64,000 nt of DNA, taken from sequence record PQ066597.1, one strand, 5' to 3'. Positions 32,129 to 42,843 of this stretch are shown here, piece after piece. A program made the position numbers and the translations under genes. Every line of letters starts with the position of its first letter. Positions within the stretch are counted from its first letter, which is position 1. The notes under the pieces are model-generated. The model did not search any database. It was not told the DNA's origin and was given only the letters and a program-made list of their open reading frames with translations.

Positions 32129-32358
32129 TACACAAACTCCAATTTAAGGAAAGACCCTTGGAGATGACCGACGTTTCGACCACCCATAGACGGAACACCC
32201 AGATATGCATCCCAATCAATTCCGTACTGAGATTTCTGTGGAAAAAGAACAACAATAATAGAGCGAATATCTGGCTTGTTCGTGGTTCCGCTATTCCACA
32301 AGTAGGTTCCGGGGGTTTTTGGTGTATGAGGTGAAAAATTACTCAGACTAATCTCCAT
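32128..32358 (-). CDS. hypothetical protein
   Basis: ORF track. Confidence 0.6.
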   Translation of the reverse strand: MEISLSNFSPHTPKTPGTYLWNSGTTNKPDIRSIIVVLFPQKSQYGIDWDAYLGVPSMGGRNVGHLQGSFLKLEFV

Positions 32359-32610
32359 TCACTTACCTTCTTTCAACATATCGGTAAACGCACCACGAAT
32401 CGATTCCTTGCATTCTTCTGTGTTTTGGTTGCTACCACACCAGATAGACTCAGCTACGCCTTTAATGCCCTGTTCCTGCACGTTAACGGCAGCATAACCT
32501 ACGAGAGCGATTTGTGCTGCAATCATCAAGAGAACACCGATAAAAAATACGGTAAAGATCTTGTTGAAGTGACGGAAGAACCAAGGTTGGTCGCTTTTAA
32601 AATTGCGCAT
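32359..32610 (-). CDS. membrane protein
   Basis: Single TM segment. Confidence 0.65.
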   Translation of the reverse strand: MRNFKSDQPWFFRHFNKIFTVFFIGVLLMIAAQIALVGYAAVNVQEQGIKGVAESIWCGSNQNTEECKESIRGAFTDMLKEGK

Positions 32611-32613
32611 ATT

Positions 32614-33099
32614 TTATTCCTCAAGATTAATATAAAAATTTGATGGTGTGATATGAGAACCAATCGACTTAAGTTCTTTGTAAATATCACGTTCTCGAAT
32701 CTTAAGTTGTTTGATCTCTTTTGTCAACATACTTTCTTTACTTTTAATATGACTACGAGTGAATTTATCCTTGATGTACTCAGATACTTCTGGGTCATTC
32801 ATAGCCCATTCCATCATCATAGTCTTTGTAAATTCAGGTTGTCCACCCAAAATAATTTCTTCTGAATCAAGAAAAGATTCCATCTCGGTTTTGGTAAATG
32901 GCATTCTGTACCCCGGATGATAATTCACGGTTTTTCGATCTTCACTAATGACAACCGGTCGAAATAATTCATCCTCTTCAATAGTAAACCATTTGGGGTA
33001 TTCACATACGGAAATGATACTATTGTACAAATCATCGTTATTGTTGATGACAAACAAATCCCAAGTGGCTTGACTTTTAAACTTATATTTCTTTTTCAT
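32614..33099 (-). CDS. GoF-like N-terminal domain plus coiled coil
   Basis: KYKFKSQAT..LF...N pattern. Confidence 0.55.
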   Translation of the reverse strand: MKKKYKFKSQATWDLFVINNNDDLYNSIISVCEYPKWFTIEEDELFRPVVISEDRKTVNYHPGYRMPFTKTEMESFLDSEEIILGGQPEFTKTMMMEWAMNDPEVSEYIKDKFTRSHIKSKESMLTKEIKQLKIRERDIYKELKSIGSHITPSNFYINLEE

Positions 33100-33100
33100 C

Positions 33101-33319
33101 TTATTTCCCGTTCAAAAATTGTTTCAGTTGTTCTTTGCATTGGTCAAGTTCGATACGAGCTTGAGCCTTGGCAGCCTTATTAACTTCTTCTCGGATAGTA
33201 TTGCTATAGATCCAATGGTTGTCTGTTCCACCAGAAGTTGTTACCGAAATACCGTTCTTGATAATATCTTCCAAAACTTTGATCTGATCAATGATTTTAT
33301 GGGATTGTTCGTAAGTCAT
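33101..33319 (-). CDS. hypothetical protein
   Basis: ORF track; GGAG RBS. Confidence 0.65.
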   Translation of the reverse strand: MTYEQSHKIIDQIKVLEDIIKNGISVTTSGGTDNHWIYSNTIREEVNKAAKAQARIELDQCKEQLKQFLNGK

Positions 33320-33333
33320 ATTGTATCTCCTAA

Positions 33334-33594
33334 TTATCCGAGGTCTTGAAGGATGAGAATGGTTCGGTTTGCTGGATCTGCGTGAACATCATAGAACCCT
33401 TTATACTGACCGTCTGTGATGACGAAAGAGTTACCCCACCCGATGGATACCTTTTGGTAATTGATATCGTGACGCTTGAAGAAACGTTCTGCCATTTCTT
33501 CGCAGTGTCCAGATAACCATTTGACTTCAACTGCATAAGCACCGGTAGGAAGGAGTTCGAAATTTTTCATGATATTACCTCTTAGTTGAACCAT
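33334..33594 (-). CDS. hypothetical protein
   Basis: ORF track. Confidence 0.6.
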   Translation of the reverse strand: MVQLRGNIMKNFELLPTGAYAVEVKWLSGHCEEMAERFFKRHDINYQKVSIGWGNSFVITDGQYKGFYDVHADPANRTILILQDLG

Positions 33595-33782
33595 GGGTCG
33601 TTAATCATTTCTTCTAAACGAGCTTGGATTTCTTTAATCTCTTGCTCGTAATCAGCGAGAAGACCAGCATATTCTTTTTTGGTGTTATTGTCAATTTCTT
33701 TTGACAACATACTTCGACAGTACGCGGCCTGTTTACCAAGTGATTCTAACTTTCTCATGTTCAGTTCAACGTAATGGTTCAT
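33582..33782 (-). CDS. hypothetical coiled-coil protein
   Basis: ORF track; GGAGG RBS. Confidence 0.65.
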   Translation of the reverse strand: MNHYVELNMRKLESLGKQAAYCRSMLSKEIDNNTKKEYAGLLADYEQEIKEIQARLEEMINDPWFN

Positions 33783-33846
33783 ATCGTTTCCTCCGAATCA
33801 ACAAAGCCCATTCTACACGAACGGGCTTATAATGCAACTACTATTT

Positions 33847-34089
33847 TTAGAAACTATCCGAATTCATATAAGCCTGATATAGATAAATTTTTGGACCATA
33901 ATGAGAATATTTCTCAACCCACAAAAATTCATGTTCCAGACCAAATTTATCTGATGCTTTCCAGATATACCCATCGTCTCTATTTGCATTGACTTTGGTA
34001 AATTCTGGTTTCTTTGTGCATTTGAATGGACCAAAACGACCATCCCAAAACTCAGTACCGATATCAATTTTTTCGATTATGTCTTTCAT
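33847..34089 (-). CDS. hypothetical protein
   Basis: ORF track. Confidence 0.65.
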   Translation of the reverse strand: MKDIIEKIDIGTEFWDGRFGPFKCTKKPEFTKVNANRDDGYIWKASDKFGLEHEFLWVEKYSHYGPKIYLYQAYMNSDSF

Positions 34090-34535
34090 AGTTGTACCTC
34101 TGAATATGACTGTATGATGTCATTGACTGTATCAATAGAACAAGACTTGATATTATCCTTACTGGTGTAGTATGTCATTACTAAAACATCTTCGCCTTGT
34201 ATGCACATTTCAGATACAAAGAAATCGTATACATCATCATATCCATATTCGGTTATTTTCCCGGTTGATCCTACTTTTAGTCTATTTGTTATCACCCTGT
34301 TTACAGCATGACCCGATGGAGTGTTGACCCCATGTTCTACATGTACGATATCATCACCGTATTTTTCTTGAAACTCGGTACTTGACATATAGACAGGTTT
34401 GTTTCCGAATGGATTAGGTGTGATTTGACGACCCTCGGAAACACGGACTAAAAGTTGTATATCACCTTTCATAAAAACAGTGTAATAACCGAAAGTCAAT
34501 TTCTTGACAAAATCATTTAGCTTTATATTCATCAC
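34086..34535 (-). CDS. hypothetical protein
   Basis: ORF track. Confidence 0.65.
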   Translation of the reverse strand: MMNIKLNDFVKKLTFGYYTVFMKGDIQLLVRVSEGRQITPNPFGNKPVYMSSTEFQEKYGDDIVHVEHGVNTPSGHAVNRVITNRLKVGSTGKITEYGYDDVYDFFVSEMCIQGEDVLVMTYYTSKDNIKSCSIDTVNDIIQSYSEVQL

Positions 34536-34541
34536 AAGTCC

Positions 34542-34772
34542 TTACAGAGTAACAAAGTAATAGATGCCGTAATACCAAAGGATCTCGGTAATAGTACCAA
34601 TTGGGTGTTGATTGATCGTCAGTTTTCCATCACCAAACAGCTTGTTGTTGATTATCGCAATACGAAGAATTGGGGAATTCCAATAGAAGTATGTACCAAT
34701 AACCATAAGTGCCAGAGAAAAACATTCCCAACCAGACAAAGTAAACAACCAAGTATTGATAGATTCGAACAT
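34542..34772 (-). CDS. membrane protein
   Basis: Hydrophobic segments; GAGG RBS. Confidence 0.65.
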   Translation of the reverse strand: MFESINTWLFTLSGWECFSLALMVIGTYFYWNSPILRIAIINNKLFGDGKLTINQHPIGTITEILWYYGIYYFVTL

Positions 34773-34782
34773 AATAATTTCC

Positions 34783-35166
34783 TCAGTTAAATTTGGCTAC
34801 AACAGCCATAAAGTTTTCGACGTTTTCATTAAAGAACTTGATTACTGCATCACATGCTTCGAGTTGGGTTTTCTTCTTACGAAGTACCGGCTTACCAACA
34901 CTACTCAAAAGGACTTTAAACTTTGTTTCATCTTCGTGCATGATGAATTGAATGATTCGCCCATTGAAGTATTCGACTCCAGTTTCAACCTCTTTACCAG
35001 TTGCAATGAATGCAACGGTAGTATCGGCTTGCCCAATACACCAGCTAGGATATGCCTGAATGTATGGGAGAAGAACAGGATCTACCTTAGAAAGGATATA
35101 ATCCGCATTCTTTTGCATTTCTGCGATACGGGTGGCCTTGTTTACTTCATATTCGTTAGCAGTCAT
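34783..35166 (-). CDS. hypothetical protein
   Basis: ORF track; early promoter leader upstream. Confidence 0.75.
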   Translation of the reverse strand: MTANEYEVNKATRIAEMQKNADYILSKVDPVLLPYIQAYPSWCIGQADTTVAFIATGKEVETGVEYFNGRIIQFIMHEDETKFKVLLSSVGKPVLRKKKTQLEACDAVIKFFNENVENFMAVVAKFN

Positions 35167-35335
35167 GGTTTCTTCCTCTGGTTTCGATATGGATAATGTA
35201 ATCTATCTATTTTCAAAAAGCAACAATAAATTATTATTTTTCCTTACGAACTTCAAGCCAGACCAACAGACCAAATATTACTACAACACCGATCACGGTT
35301 TCAAGAACAAAAACATTAAGAAATGTCATAAAATC

Positions 35336-35575
35336 TCACATATCCAAATAAATATTACTTGCTTTTTCTAGGTCTTCTTCACTGAAAAACCCATAAACAA
35401 GACCATCCAGCCCCATGGTGGATTCATCCCCCTCTCGTTCTTCCCATTCGTATTTTATTCCTGATAGTTCGAGATGAGTTTCAAACACAGAAGCTGAATT
35501 ATTCCAGTAGTCAAACCACAATGTATAATGCACTTTACACCCCATATTCTCTTTTGTAAAGTTCAATATCGTCAT
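35336..35575 (-). CDS. hypothetical protein
   Basis: ORF track. Confidence 0.55.
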   Translation of the reverse strand: MTILNFTKENMGCKVHYTLWFDYWNNSASVFETHLELSGIKYEWEEREGDESTMGLDGLVYGFFSEEDLEKASNIYLDM

Positions 35576-35724
35576 CGGTAACGTATGATGAACTACATTT
35601 CGTCATATAGCAAGCACTTTCTTTGTTCATCTTAAAGATTCTAGCCGAACCAATTGATACATAAGGAATTTTATTCAGGTTGAGGAATGAGTCAACCCAT
35701 TCCTCTTTACCTTCAACCTCAAGT

Positions 35725-36237
35725 TTAACAAGCCCGTCGTTCATCTCGGATCCTCTCAACCAGACCACCAACACCAACCTCAAGGTCGTTACAAAAATAA
35801 GAAGGTAGGTCGTCGTTGTAAAGTGTAATCAAATGACCATAACCGACCGTCAAGATCTCTTCATTACCTTCAATTTCAACGATAATAGAGTCGGACTTAA
35901 AGAAATCTTTTACCACAAAACACACATGTTTAAGACGGTCTGCGTCGTCATAATAAGAAGCTCGTACAACGTCACCAACCTTAAGTTCTTCACGTTCACC
36001 AAACGTATACAAACAGCCGTCAATAAAGGCGTAATGCCACTGCGTTGTGTTACAGTGAGATGTTTGTGTTTTGTAATAGTAACTGTGCACAGAATCAAAT
36101 TTGATCTCTACACCACTCTCTAGTTTGATCTGACCATACATATGGTTTATATCAACGATTTTAGACTTAAGGTTACCATCATTAAACGAGTCACCGATAG
36201 CTAACCGCCCCCAAGTATTCTTTTTCCAGAAAATCAT
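35725..36237 (-). CDS. hypothetical protein
   Basis: ORF track. Confidence 0.65.
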   Translation of the reverse strand: MIFWKKNTWGRLAIGDSFNDGNLKSKIVDINHMYGQIKLESGVEIKFDSVHSYYYKTQTSHCNTTQWHYAFIDGCLYTFGEREELKVGDVVRASYYDDADRLKHVCFVVKDFFKSDSIIVEIEGNEEILTVGYGHLITLYNDDLPSYFCNDLEVGVGGLVERIRDERRAC

Positions 36238-36593
36238 ACGTCTTCCCTCAATTTTTCGACGTCTTGTTCGATATCATCAATCTGCCCACGGAGTTTTTCC
36301 CGCTTCCAATAATGGTCAACCCCTGTCAATGCTTCAATATTAAAACATTCTTCAATTTCGCCATCAAGTTCACGAACTTTATAATACAGACTCATAATCT
36401 CCAACTCGTTTTTATGACCAATCGGAAGAAAACGAGTTGGGGATAATTGAATTTTAACCCCAGATAGTTGAACAAGGTCACCAGCCATAAGACTTATGTA
36501 TTTGTCAACAACATATGTTTTACCTACAACTAAAACACCTTCCATCTCAAGGTTATTAACACATACAATCTCTTGATTTTCTTTAAATTTCAT
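36234..36593 (-). CDS. hypothetical protein with SH3-like N-terminus
   Basis: VCVNN....LVVGKTY.V pattern. Confidence 0.65.
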   Translation of the reverse strand: MKFKENQEIVCVNNLEMEGVLVVGKTYVVDKYISLMAGDLVQLSGVKIQLSPTRFLPIGHKNELEIMSLYYKVRELDGEIEECFNIEALTGVDHYWKREKLRGQIDDIEQDVEKLREDV

Positions 36594-36832
36594 GATTACA
36601 CCTTTACTTTAGACATTGCAAACATAATGGCCGCACGACCAACAGGAGTTTTATCATTGATCTGCTTACCACACCACAAAACTTTGGCATCAAAGGATCC
36701 GAAGGTCAGTTTCTGATCTTCGATATGAGTGTTGAAAAACTCAGCAACTGCTTTTTTGAATTCTGCGTTAATCATCTTTTCTCTCCTTTGTTGGTACAGG
36801 GGTATAATCTCATACCCCCTAATCTACGTCAA

Positions 36833-37171
36833 CTACTTTTTATCTGTCATGTCGCGATTAAAACGAAAATCTTGATACAACCGGCCTTTCAGTTCCTCTT
36901 GGAGTTGATTAATCTGGTCTACAAGAGAGAATCGATGTGGAAGGTCACAAGGACTGTTGATAAACTTATCTACAACCCGTTGCGGTTCTTCCGGATCATC
37001 ATAATCTATTTCGCAATCGATGAATTCGTTTGTATCTTTTTTGAATAAATATGCAAAACCGTCATAAGTAAACCAACTAAGTTCACCACTACTAATATCT
37101 TTGATGTAAAACTCAAAGAAGTTTATATTTCGTACAGTCAACAGATTTGTTACAGTTGAAAACATTTTCAT
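36833..37171 (-). CDS. hypothetical protein
   Basis: ORF track. Confidence 0.65.
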   Translation of the reverse strand: MKMFSTVTNLLTVRNINFFEFYIKDISSGELSWFTYDGFAYLFKKDTNEFIDCEIDYDDPEEPQRVVDKFINSPCDLPHRFSLVDQINQLQEELKGRLYQDFRFNRDMTDKK

Positions 37172-37680
37172 TTTATACTCTCTACAAAATTAGCTGGAAT
37201 TTCTTTGATCTCAAATTCATCATGAATGAACCAAACATCAATATTTTCTACCACACGAATAAAATCACCGTCATAATAGGTTGCTTCATGAGTGATATTT
37301 TTCTTGATAGTTTCTAGGATAGTTACCCACATAGGCACCCCTTCATCTTCATCAATCACATTGTAATCAATATCAAGAAAGCGTTTGAACTGGTTAGCCA
37401 TATGCGGATTTTCTTCGAGTTTATCAAACAACTCAAAAACTAATGCATCTGTGTAAGGATCATTACCATAACCCGGCTCTTTCCAATCATTTGCGCTGTT
37501 AAAAAACGGAGCAATAACACGGAAGAAATCGACATCATCGCGAGTCAGACCAGTGTGGTAAATGGTATGGTAATAATCACCGTCGTTTTCCCAACTAGTG
37601 ATCCCCACAATGTAACCACGGGGGATCACAGTCCCGATTGGGAGTTCTAATTTTTTCATTTTAAAATTTCCGATTGTCAA
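37168..37680 (-). CDS. hypothetical protein (ITSWENDGDYYHT)
   Basis: ORF track. Confidence 0.7.
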   Translation of the reverse strand: MTIGNFKMKKLELPIGTVIPRGYIVGITSWENDGDYYHTIYHTGLTRDDVDFFRVIAPFFNSANDWKEPGYGNDPYTDALVFELFDKLEENPHMANQFKRFLDIDYNVIDEDEGVPMWVTILETIKKNITHEATYYDGDFIRVVENIDVWFIHDEFEIKEIPANFVESIK

Positions 37681-37918
37681 TTTTTGCTATTACCATACCG
37701 CACATATCTAGGTCTACTAGGTCATCACCAAGAGTCGAACAGTCGCTATCAATCCAAGTGTCTATCTGTTCTTCTTCTACATCAACAACCACACAAACGG
37801 CATGGTGAGATTTTACCATCATGTCCATAACTTCAATACGAGTAGGGGTACATTCTGTAATTTCAACCACATTCATATCATCATCAAAACCAATAAATAC
37901 GATCATAAAGTCCCTCAA
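37661..37918 (-). CDS. hypothetical protein
   Basis: ORF track. Confidence 0.55.
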   Translation of the reverse strand: MRDFMIVFIGFDDDMNVVEITECTPTRIEVMDMMVKSHHAVCVVVDVEEEQIDTWIDSDCSTLGDDLVDLDMCGMVIAKIDNRKF

Positions 37919-38376
37919 TCATTAATTTTTAGATACAAACCATCTTGAAGTAAATCAAGAACCGTGTCAACTACTTCGCGCTGTACATCCTCAACAGAAC
38001 CCCTCAGAAAGCCTTTCCAACCATCTTGACCAACTGCACCCATACTGATATCAATTGACCATGTGTCGTTGTTAAATCGCGTTATAGACACGTTATGATT
38101 GTCCATATGAAAAGGACGATATACGTAGTTCACGTAATACGTTTCTTTTGATGCGTTGTTGTCTTTCAACCATTCAGGATCCTTGGAGAAATGGATTGCA
38201 GAACGAACAGATTCCTTATGACATCCCTTCTCAAACTCTTCCTGATCACCCCAAGAATCCATCGCCGATTCGATTTCTGATTCAATCATATCATCAACTC
38301 GACGCGCTAGGTCTGGGGAGATCTCATCGATCATCCTAACCAGTTCATCCACTTTTAGATTATGTTGAATATACAT
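37915..38376 (-). CDS. hypothetical protein
   Basis: ORF track. Confidence 0.7.
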   Translation of the reverse strand: MYIQHNLKVDELVRMIDEISPDLARRVDDMIESEIESAMDSWGDQEEFEKGCHKESVRSAIHFSKDPEWLKDNNASKETYYVNYVYRPFHMDNHNVSITRFNNDTWSIDISMGAVGQDGWKGFLRGSVEDVQREVVDTVLDLLQDGLYLKIND

Positions 38377-38385
38377 ATCAAACCC

Positions 38386-38592
38386 TTATTTCAATGGAGT
38401 TCCGAAATCGAATTGCTCATCTTGTTGTTTCTTTTGTTCGTATTTTTTCCCAACACCAACACCAATGATAGTGATTACAACGATGATCGTAATCCATTCG
38501 ATACCATAAGCAGGAACCCAATAATAAATAGAGTTCAGAAAGGCGAACAGAAAAGAGGCGAACATATGACAGTAACGAATAATGAAATCCAT
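38386..38592 (-). CDS. small membrane protein
   Basis: Two hydrophobic segments. Confidence 0.6.
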   Translation of the reverse strand: MDFIIRYCHMFASFLFAFLNSIYYWVPAYGIEWITIIVVITIIGVGVGKKYEQKKQQDEQFDFGTPLK

Positions 38593-38594
38593 AA

Positions 38595-38834
38595 TTATTC
38601 CTCGATTACAAAATATTTTACGTCAGTCCAGTCCTTGAAATAAAGCGAATCGGTAATATCATGTTCCCATGTGTCATATTCATTTTCATATTCAAAAATA
38701 CGACCTTCCCCATTTGCATAATAAGATTCACCAAACGGGAACGGAGTTTCTTGAAAATTACTGATACCAGTAACAACAAAGTAACCTTTTTCCGGAATAC
38801 CATCAACTTGAACAAGTTTCATTCTTAACCTCAA
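38595..38834 (-). CDS. hypothetical protein
   Basis: ORF track. Confidence 0.6.
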   Translation of the reverse strand: MRLRMKLVQVDGIPEKGYFVVTGISNFQETPFPFGESYYANGEGRIFEYENEYDTWEHDITDSLYFKDWTDVKYFVIEE

Positions 38835-39100
38835 AATAAGTGTGTAAGGGTTTGAGACTGTTTCGGGGTCTCTACATAATCAATATACTTTTTGTTTAGG
38901 TCTTTGTCAAACACTAAGATCTGTCCATTGATACTATCATGTTGGGAGATCATCGACCTCCCATACTTCAACAGAGCCTCGTTGTGATTATCAGTGATAA
39001 TATCCTGATAGTCAATCCAAAATCCAGTATTTCTATCTTTGAACCTTGAATGTCGATAGTTTGACATTAAAAAAAATCTAAGTTCTTCCTTCGAACACAT
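38831..39100 (-). CDS. hypothetical protein
   Basis: ORF track. Confidence 0.6.
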   Translation of the reverse strand: MCSKEELRFFLMSNYRHSRFKDRNTGFWIDYQDIITDNHNEALLKYGRSMISQHDSINGQILVFDKDLNKKYIDYVETPKQSQTLTHLF

Positions 39101-39735
39101 CAGATGTAATCCTTTACCAATCGGCGCATCATACCCTTTGCCTCTTCGAGTTGAGAGTTAAGGAAAATTACTTTGTTTTCTGCAATCGCTTTCTCTTTGA
39201 TGATATTATCGATTGTATCTTTGATGTATTCAAACTCTGATTTACTTTGATGAGGTACGGTAATGGCGACATTGATGACATCAACCGTCTTTTTGACATG
39301 AAATTTGTTAACCTTGTCACCAATATCCTGATTCAAAAGAATACTAATTCGAGACTCACCAATGGTTTCAAAATTATACTTGATATCAATCAGGTCTAGA
39401 AACTTTAAGAATTCTTTACTATGCCCATAAACGAATAGGAATGGTCCATTCACCATACACTTTGAAAAATTAAAAAGTTTTGTATCTATCCCTTTCTTTG
39501 TGCAAAGCGTATTAATCTTTTTACCAATACCTATGGATTTCTCATATTCACATAGAACATCTCCCCCACACATGTTTGAATGGATAATAAGATCTTTAAA
39601 TCGATCCCTTGCGGAAATGTAACTAAATTCACCATCATAGCCACAGAGAAGATATTTCTTGATAAGGCGACTTGTATTCCTCTCCCATCTCACTTGCTTC
39701 GCTGCGTTGCGTAATACTGCTTTTCCACTACTCAT
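39100..39735 (-). CDS. hypothetical protein
   Basis: ORF track. Confidence 0.7.
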   Translation of the reverse strand: MSSGKAVLRNAAKQVRWERNTSRLIKKYLLCGYDGEFSYISARDRFKDLIIHSNMCGGDVLCEYEKSIGIGKKINTLCTKKGIDTKLFNFSKCMVNGPFLFVYGHSKEFLKFLDLIDIKYNFETIGESRISILLNQDIGDKVNKFHVKKTVDVINVAITVPHQSKSEFEYIKDTIDNIIKEKAIAENKVIFLNSQLEEAKGMMRRLVKDYI

Positions 39736-39737
39736 TT

Positions 39738-40337
39738 TTATCCCTCAACAATAGATTCATAACTAAACAAACGACCACACGGAACATCTGGTTTTGTTGA
39801 GCTAAATTTCAACAGATATCGTTTCCCATTGTACCAAACTTTAATGTCTGTGTAATACAAATCACAGTCTGGTCGTGGACGTCCATCGTTACTAATAGAT
39901 CCTTTCTTGATAACAGTCTGTTTCCTACTTAGTTCCTCTACGATACCATACTTGATTGCGATCTCCAACGATTCACCCTCTTGGAAAGGGAAAATATCAG
40001 TCACTCCAAACGCATCATTATATTCGTGGAAGTAAGCCCACTTGTCACCTTCCTCAAGTTGGTTCTCCATATCATCAATATAGAGATATGGGGTATGGGG
40101 ATATCCTTCTTCGTTAAAGAACTGTTCATCACAGTCGGCCCAATCGATTTCACCGTAAAAGTAATCATCGCGGTCTTCATCACCGGGCTTACAGGCTACA
40201 CCAACAATACCCATTTTAAGATGGTCGTTCACAAAACCAAACGAATAACCACGATCCAAATAACAGATCTCTAAACCGGGGATTGGTGGTTCGTCCACCC
40301 CGATTTCATAAATGTTAAGAGTTCGCATTATCATCAT
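39738..40337 (-). CDS. hypothetical protein
   Basis: ORF track. Confidence 0.7.
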   Translation of the reverse strand: MMIMRTLNIYEIGVDEPPIPGLEICYLDRGYSFGFVNDHLKMGIVGVACKPGDEDRDDYFYGEIDWADCDEQFFNEEGYPHTPYLYIDDMENQLEEGDKWAYFHEYNDAFGVTDIFPFQEGESLEIAIKYGIVEELSRKQTVIKKGSISNDGRPRPDCDLYYTDIKVWYNGKRYLLKFSSTKPDVPCGRLFSYESIVEG

Positions 40338-40776
40338 CCCAATCTTTAATTGCTACATCGAAAGTCAGTTTGTTATAACCTGTTTTGTTCCAGTTCTCCT
40401 TGACAAATTCTTTTGTCAGTTCTTCCCTAAGACGATTGACAGATGCGATAACAAACTCTTTTCGCGAATATGTCTCTGGGCTTTCATAAAGAACACCATC
40501 GATAAGAGCAACAATATCATACGGTTCATCAGCCTTGAGATTAGTTGCCCAGATTCGGGGTTGGATGTTGACTTGTGGAGCAGAAACAAACCAATTTTTC
40601 CCATCTACATCAATAAACATAGTCCCTGATTGATCTTCAAAGAAATCAGCGGCACCATCGACACCACGATAAAAATTGTATTCAGTTTGGTTGCGAATTT
40701 GTTCCAGAAGATCAATATGGATGCTTGCATTTTCTTTTGATTTATATTCTTCGTAAACTTCTTTGATAGTCTTCAT
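40315..40776 (-). CDS. hypothetical protein
   Basis: ORF track; AAGGA RBS. Confidence 0.75.
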   Translation of the reverse strand: MKTIKEVYEEYKSKENASIHIDLLEQIRNQTEYNFYRGVDGAADFFEDQSGTMFIDVDGKNWFVSAPQVNIQPRIWATNLKADEPYDIVALIDGVLYESPETYSRKEFVIASVNRLREELTKEFVKENWNKTGYNKLTFDVAIKDWDDDNANS

Positions 40777-40827
40777 AATATTTCCTTATGTATCTTTATT
40801 TGGTTAATTCTTACGAATGTAACTATA

Positions 40828-41169
40828 TCAAGGTACTTTTGTGTATGTCCACTTGTTTACAACACGTTTGAGATCGACCTTGGTGTAGTGCATATATTCA
40901 TATTTTTTGAGGTAACGAAGAGGGAGATTCATTACCTTGATGTTGCATTGAATCCCCATTGGGACCCGCGACATCAATTCTTTTACTCGCCAATAACTTG
41001 TCTTTGGTACATACAGATCAACAACTCCAATTTTATTGGTTTCTGTGATTGCCCGCCACACACCATTCAAAACAAGAGCAGTTTCCAAATCATGAACTGA
41101 ACTAATCATTTTTAAATCCTCTTTTAAATTTTCGGGAGTATTGTTACACACTCCCGAATTCTTTGTCAA
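40828..41169 (-). CDS. hypothetical protein
   Basis: ORF track; real start probably MISSVHD. Confidence 0.55.
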   Translation of the reverse strand: MTKNSGVCNNTPENLKEDLKMISSVHDLETALVLNGVWRAITETNKIGVVDLYVPKTSYWRVKELMSRVPMGIQCNIKVMNLPLRYLKKYEYMHYTKVDLKRVVNKWTYTKVP

Positions 41170-41172
41170 CTA

Positions 41173-42078
41173 TCAATCGTGCATTTTAGGACGCTGGATT
41201 ACAGTCTGGTTGACCCCTTTATATTCTTCGTGAGCCTTGATAGAGAATGACATCACGGCGGTATTTCCCTTAGTTGGGATGGACTTCAAAGATGAACCCA
41301 TGTATTTGTAAGTCCGACCTTCCGAGTCAATCAACACAGCGAGGTAAACATCATAATCACCGTAATATTGAGCTTGTTTAACACACATCTCAAAGGTGGT
41401 GGTGAGTTCTACTTTCTTCACTCGGTCACCAACAGCACCAAAGAATTCATTCAACTGATTTTTCTTGAACTCAAAGTCAGCAATACCGTTTTCAATTGCA
41501 GTCTTTTGGGCCTCGGACATGGAGCAGTAATGGATACAGGACTCGATGATCTCTTCAATCCATTCGTAACCAGTAGCCAACCCAGCATCGAACAGTTCTT
41601 TGTTGGTCTCACGATAAACTTTACGCTTTGCGTCCCATTCGTCCTGTACGGCCTTCTGAGCCATTTCTTTATCAGTTAGACCACCATTACGCGCTCGTTC
41701 CTCTTCGTTGCGTTTGCGAGTTTCTGCGGCCTTCTGTGCGTTGTTGAAAGCTTTACGCTCGGCCTTGACAGCATCAATCAATGTAGTGTCGTTGGTGTAG
41801 TTCACACACTCACAACCAACCACAAATTTCTGGCCGTCTGCATCGTGGATCATGTAGTTGTAAATGATACCAGTACCACACACATGACAGGAGCCAGCAC
41901 CATAACCTTGAGGAAGCGCCGCATAGTCCTGCATGGTAGCAGTATCCTTGTTAGGCATCTTGAACATACCAACACAACGGAACGGAGCCTTACCAACACC
42001 TTGAGATTCCCATTTGTTCATAGTCATGATTTCTTCCTCAATAGTTATGTCCCAATCGACGAAGAGAGTATCCCACAT
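41173..42078 (-). CDS. hypothetical protein with Cys cluster, coiled coil and OB-fold-like C-terminus
   Basis: CHVCG...VGCECV; C-terminal beta-rich KAHEEYKGVNQTVIQRPK; likely start MTMNKW. Confidence 0.7.
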   Translation of the reverse strand: MWDTLFVDWDITIEEEIMTMNKWESQGVGKAPFRCVGMFKMPNKDTATMQDYAALPQGYGAGSCHVCGTGIIYNYMIHDADGQKFVVGCECVNYTNDTTLIDAVKAERKAFNNAQKAAETRKRNEEERARNGGLTDKEMAQKAVQDEWDAKRKVYRETNKELFDAGLATGYEWIEEIIESCIHYCSMSEAQKTAIENGIADFEFKKNQLNEFFGAVGDRVKKVELTTTFEMCVKQAQYYGDYDVYLAVLIDSEGRTYKYMGSSLKSIPTKGNTAVMSFSIKAHEEYKGVNQTVIQRPKMHD

Positions 42079-42095
42079 ATGAGATACCCCGTCAA

Positions 42096-42506
42096 CTAAA
42101 TTTCGTCATTCATTTCCAAGTTTTTGAATGGATTTTGTTTATAAACATCTTTGTCCATATACAGTTCCATCAGGTCATACATGAACTTAGAAATGTTACG
42201 GTTTTGTTTACTTTCAAGTGTAGCGCGGTTACACAGATTACAACCGGATTGATTGCAATAGGAATTCCACTTGGCGAGATACAAATCCTTATAAAACAGA
42301 TAGATAACTCCATCCACCTTATGAAGAACAATGTTTTTCTCTACCCAAATTTCGGCGGCAATGAAGTCCTCAAACACACAATCATTAATACCAAGCTTGG
42401 TTAAGACATTATGAAAGCCCGATTGGTCAACCAAAACCTCAGACTGTCCACTACTAACAATCTCAATCAGTTCAATTAGTTTCATCATTACCCCCTTAGT
42501 TGGCAT
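42096..42506 (-). CDS. hypothetical protein
   Basis: ORF track. Confidence 0.6.
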   Translation of the reverse strand: MPTKGVMMKLIELIEIVSSGQSEVLVDQSGFHNVLTKLGINDCVFEDFIAAEIWVEKNIVLHKVDGVIYLFYKDLYLAKWNSYCNQSGCNLCNRATLESKQNRNISKFMYDLMELYMDKDVYKQNPFKNLEMNDEI

Positions 42507-42843
42507 AGTTGTTACGACGGTTCAGTTTCAGAGCGGTTTTCATTTCAGATTTATTGAAAGAGTAATGAACAGAACCATCCTCATAGGTAGTTTTCTTAAC
42601 AGTGACTTCCAGCTTATCACCAGCTTTAGCATAGCAACCAAGGCAGTTTGTACCCTTCTGAGAAACAACGTGGTTGTTCATCTCGATACCTTCGGAAGTG
42701 GTAACACTCACGCGCTGGCTATCAGAATGCTTCTTAACGAACTTGGTAACAGTCACGGTGTCAACGAAAGAAACTTCGCTAACTTCTTTCTTGCAACCAA
42801 CCAGAACGAACAAAGCAATCAGAGCAATCAGTACGTGTTTCAT
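42496..42843 (-). CDS. lipoprotein, CxxC family copy 1
   Basis: Lipobox LVGC; CLGCY..GDK. Confidence 0.75.
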   Translation of the reverse strand: MKHVLIALIALFVLVGCKKEVSEVSFVDTVTVTKFVKKHSDSQRVSVTTSEGIEMNNHVVSQKGTNCLGCYAKAGDKLEVTVKKTTYEDGSVHYSFNKSEMKTALKLNRRNNYAN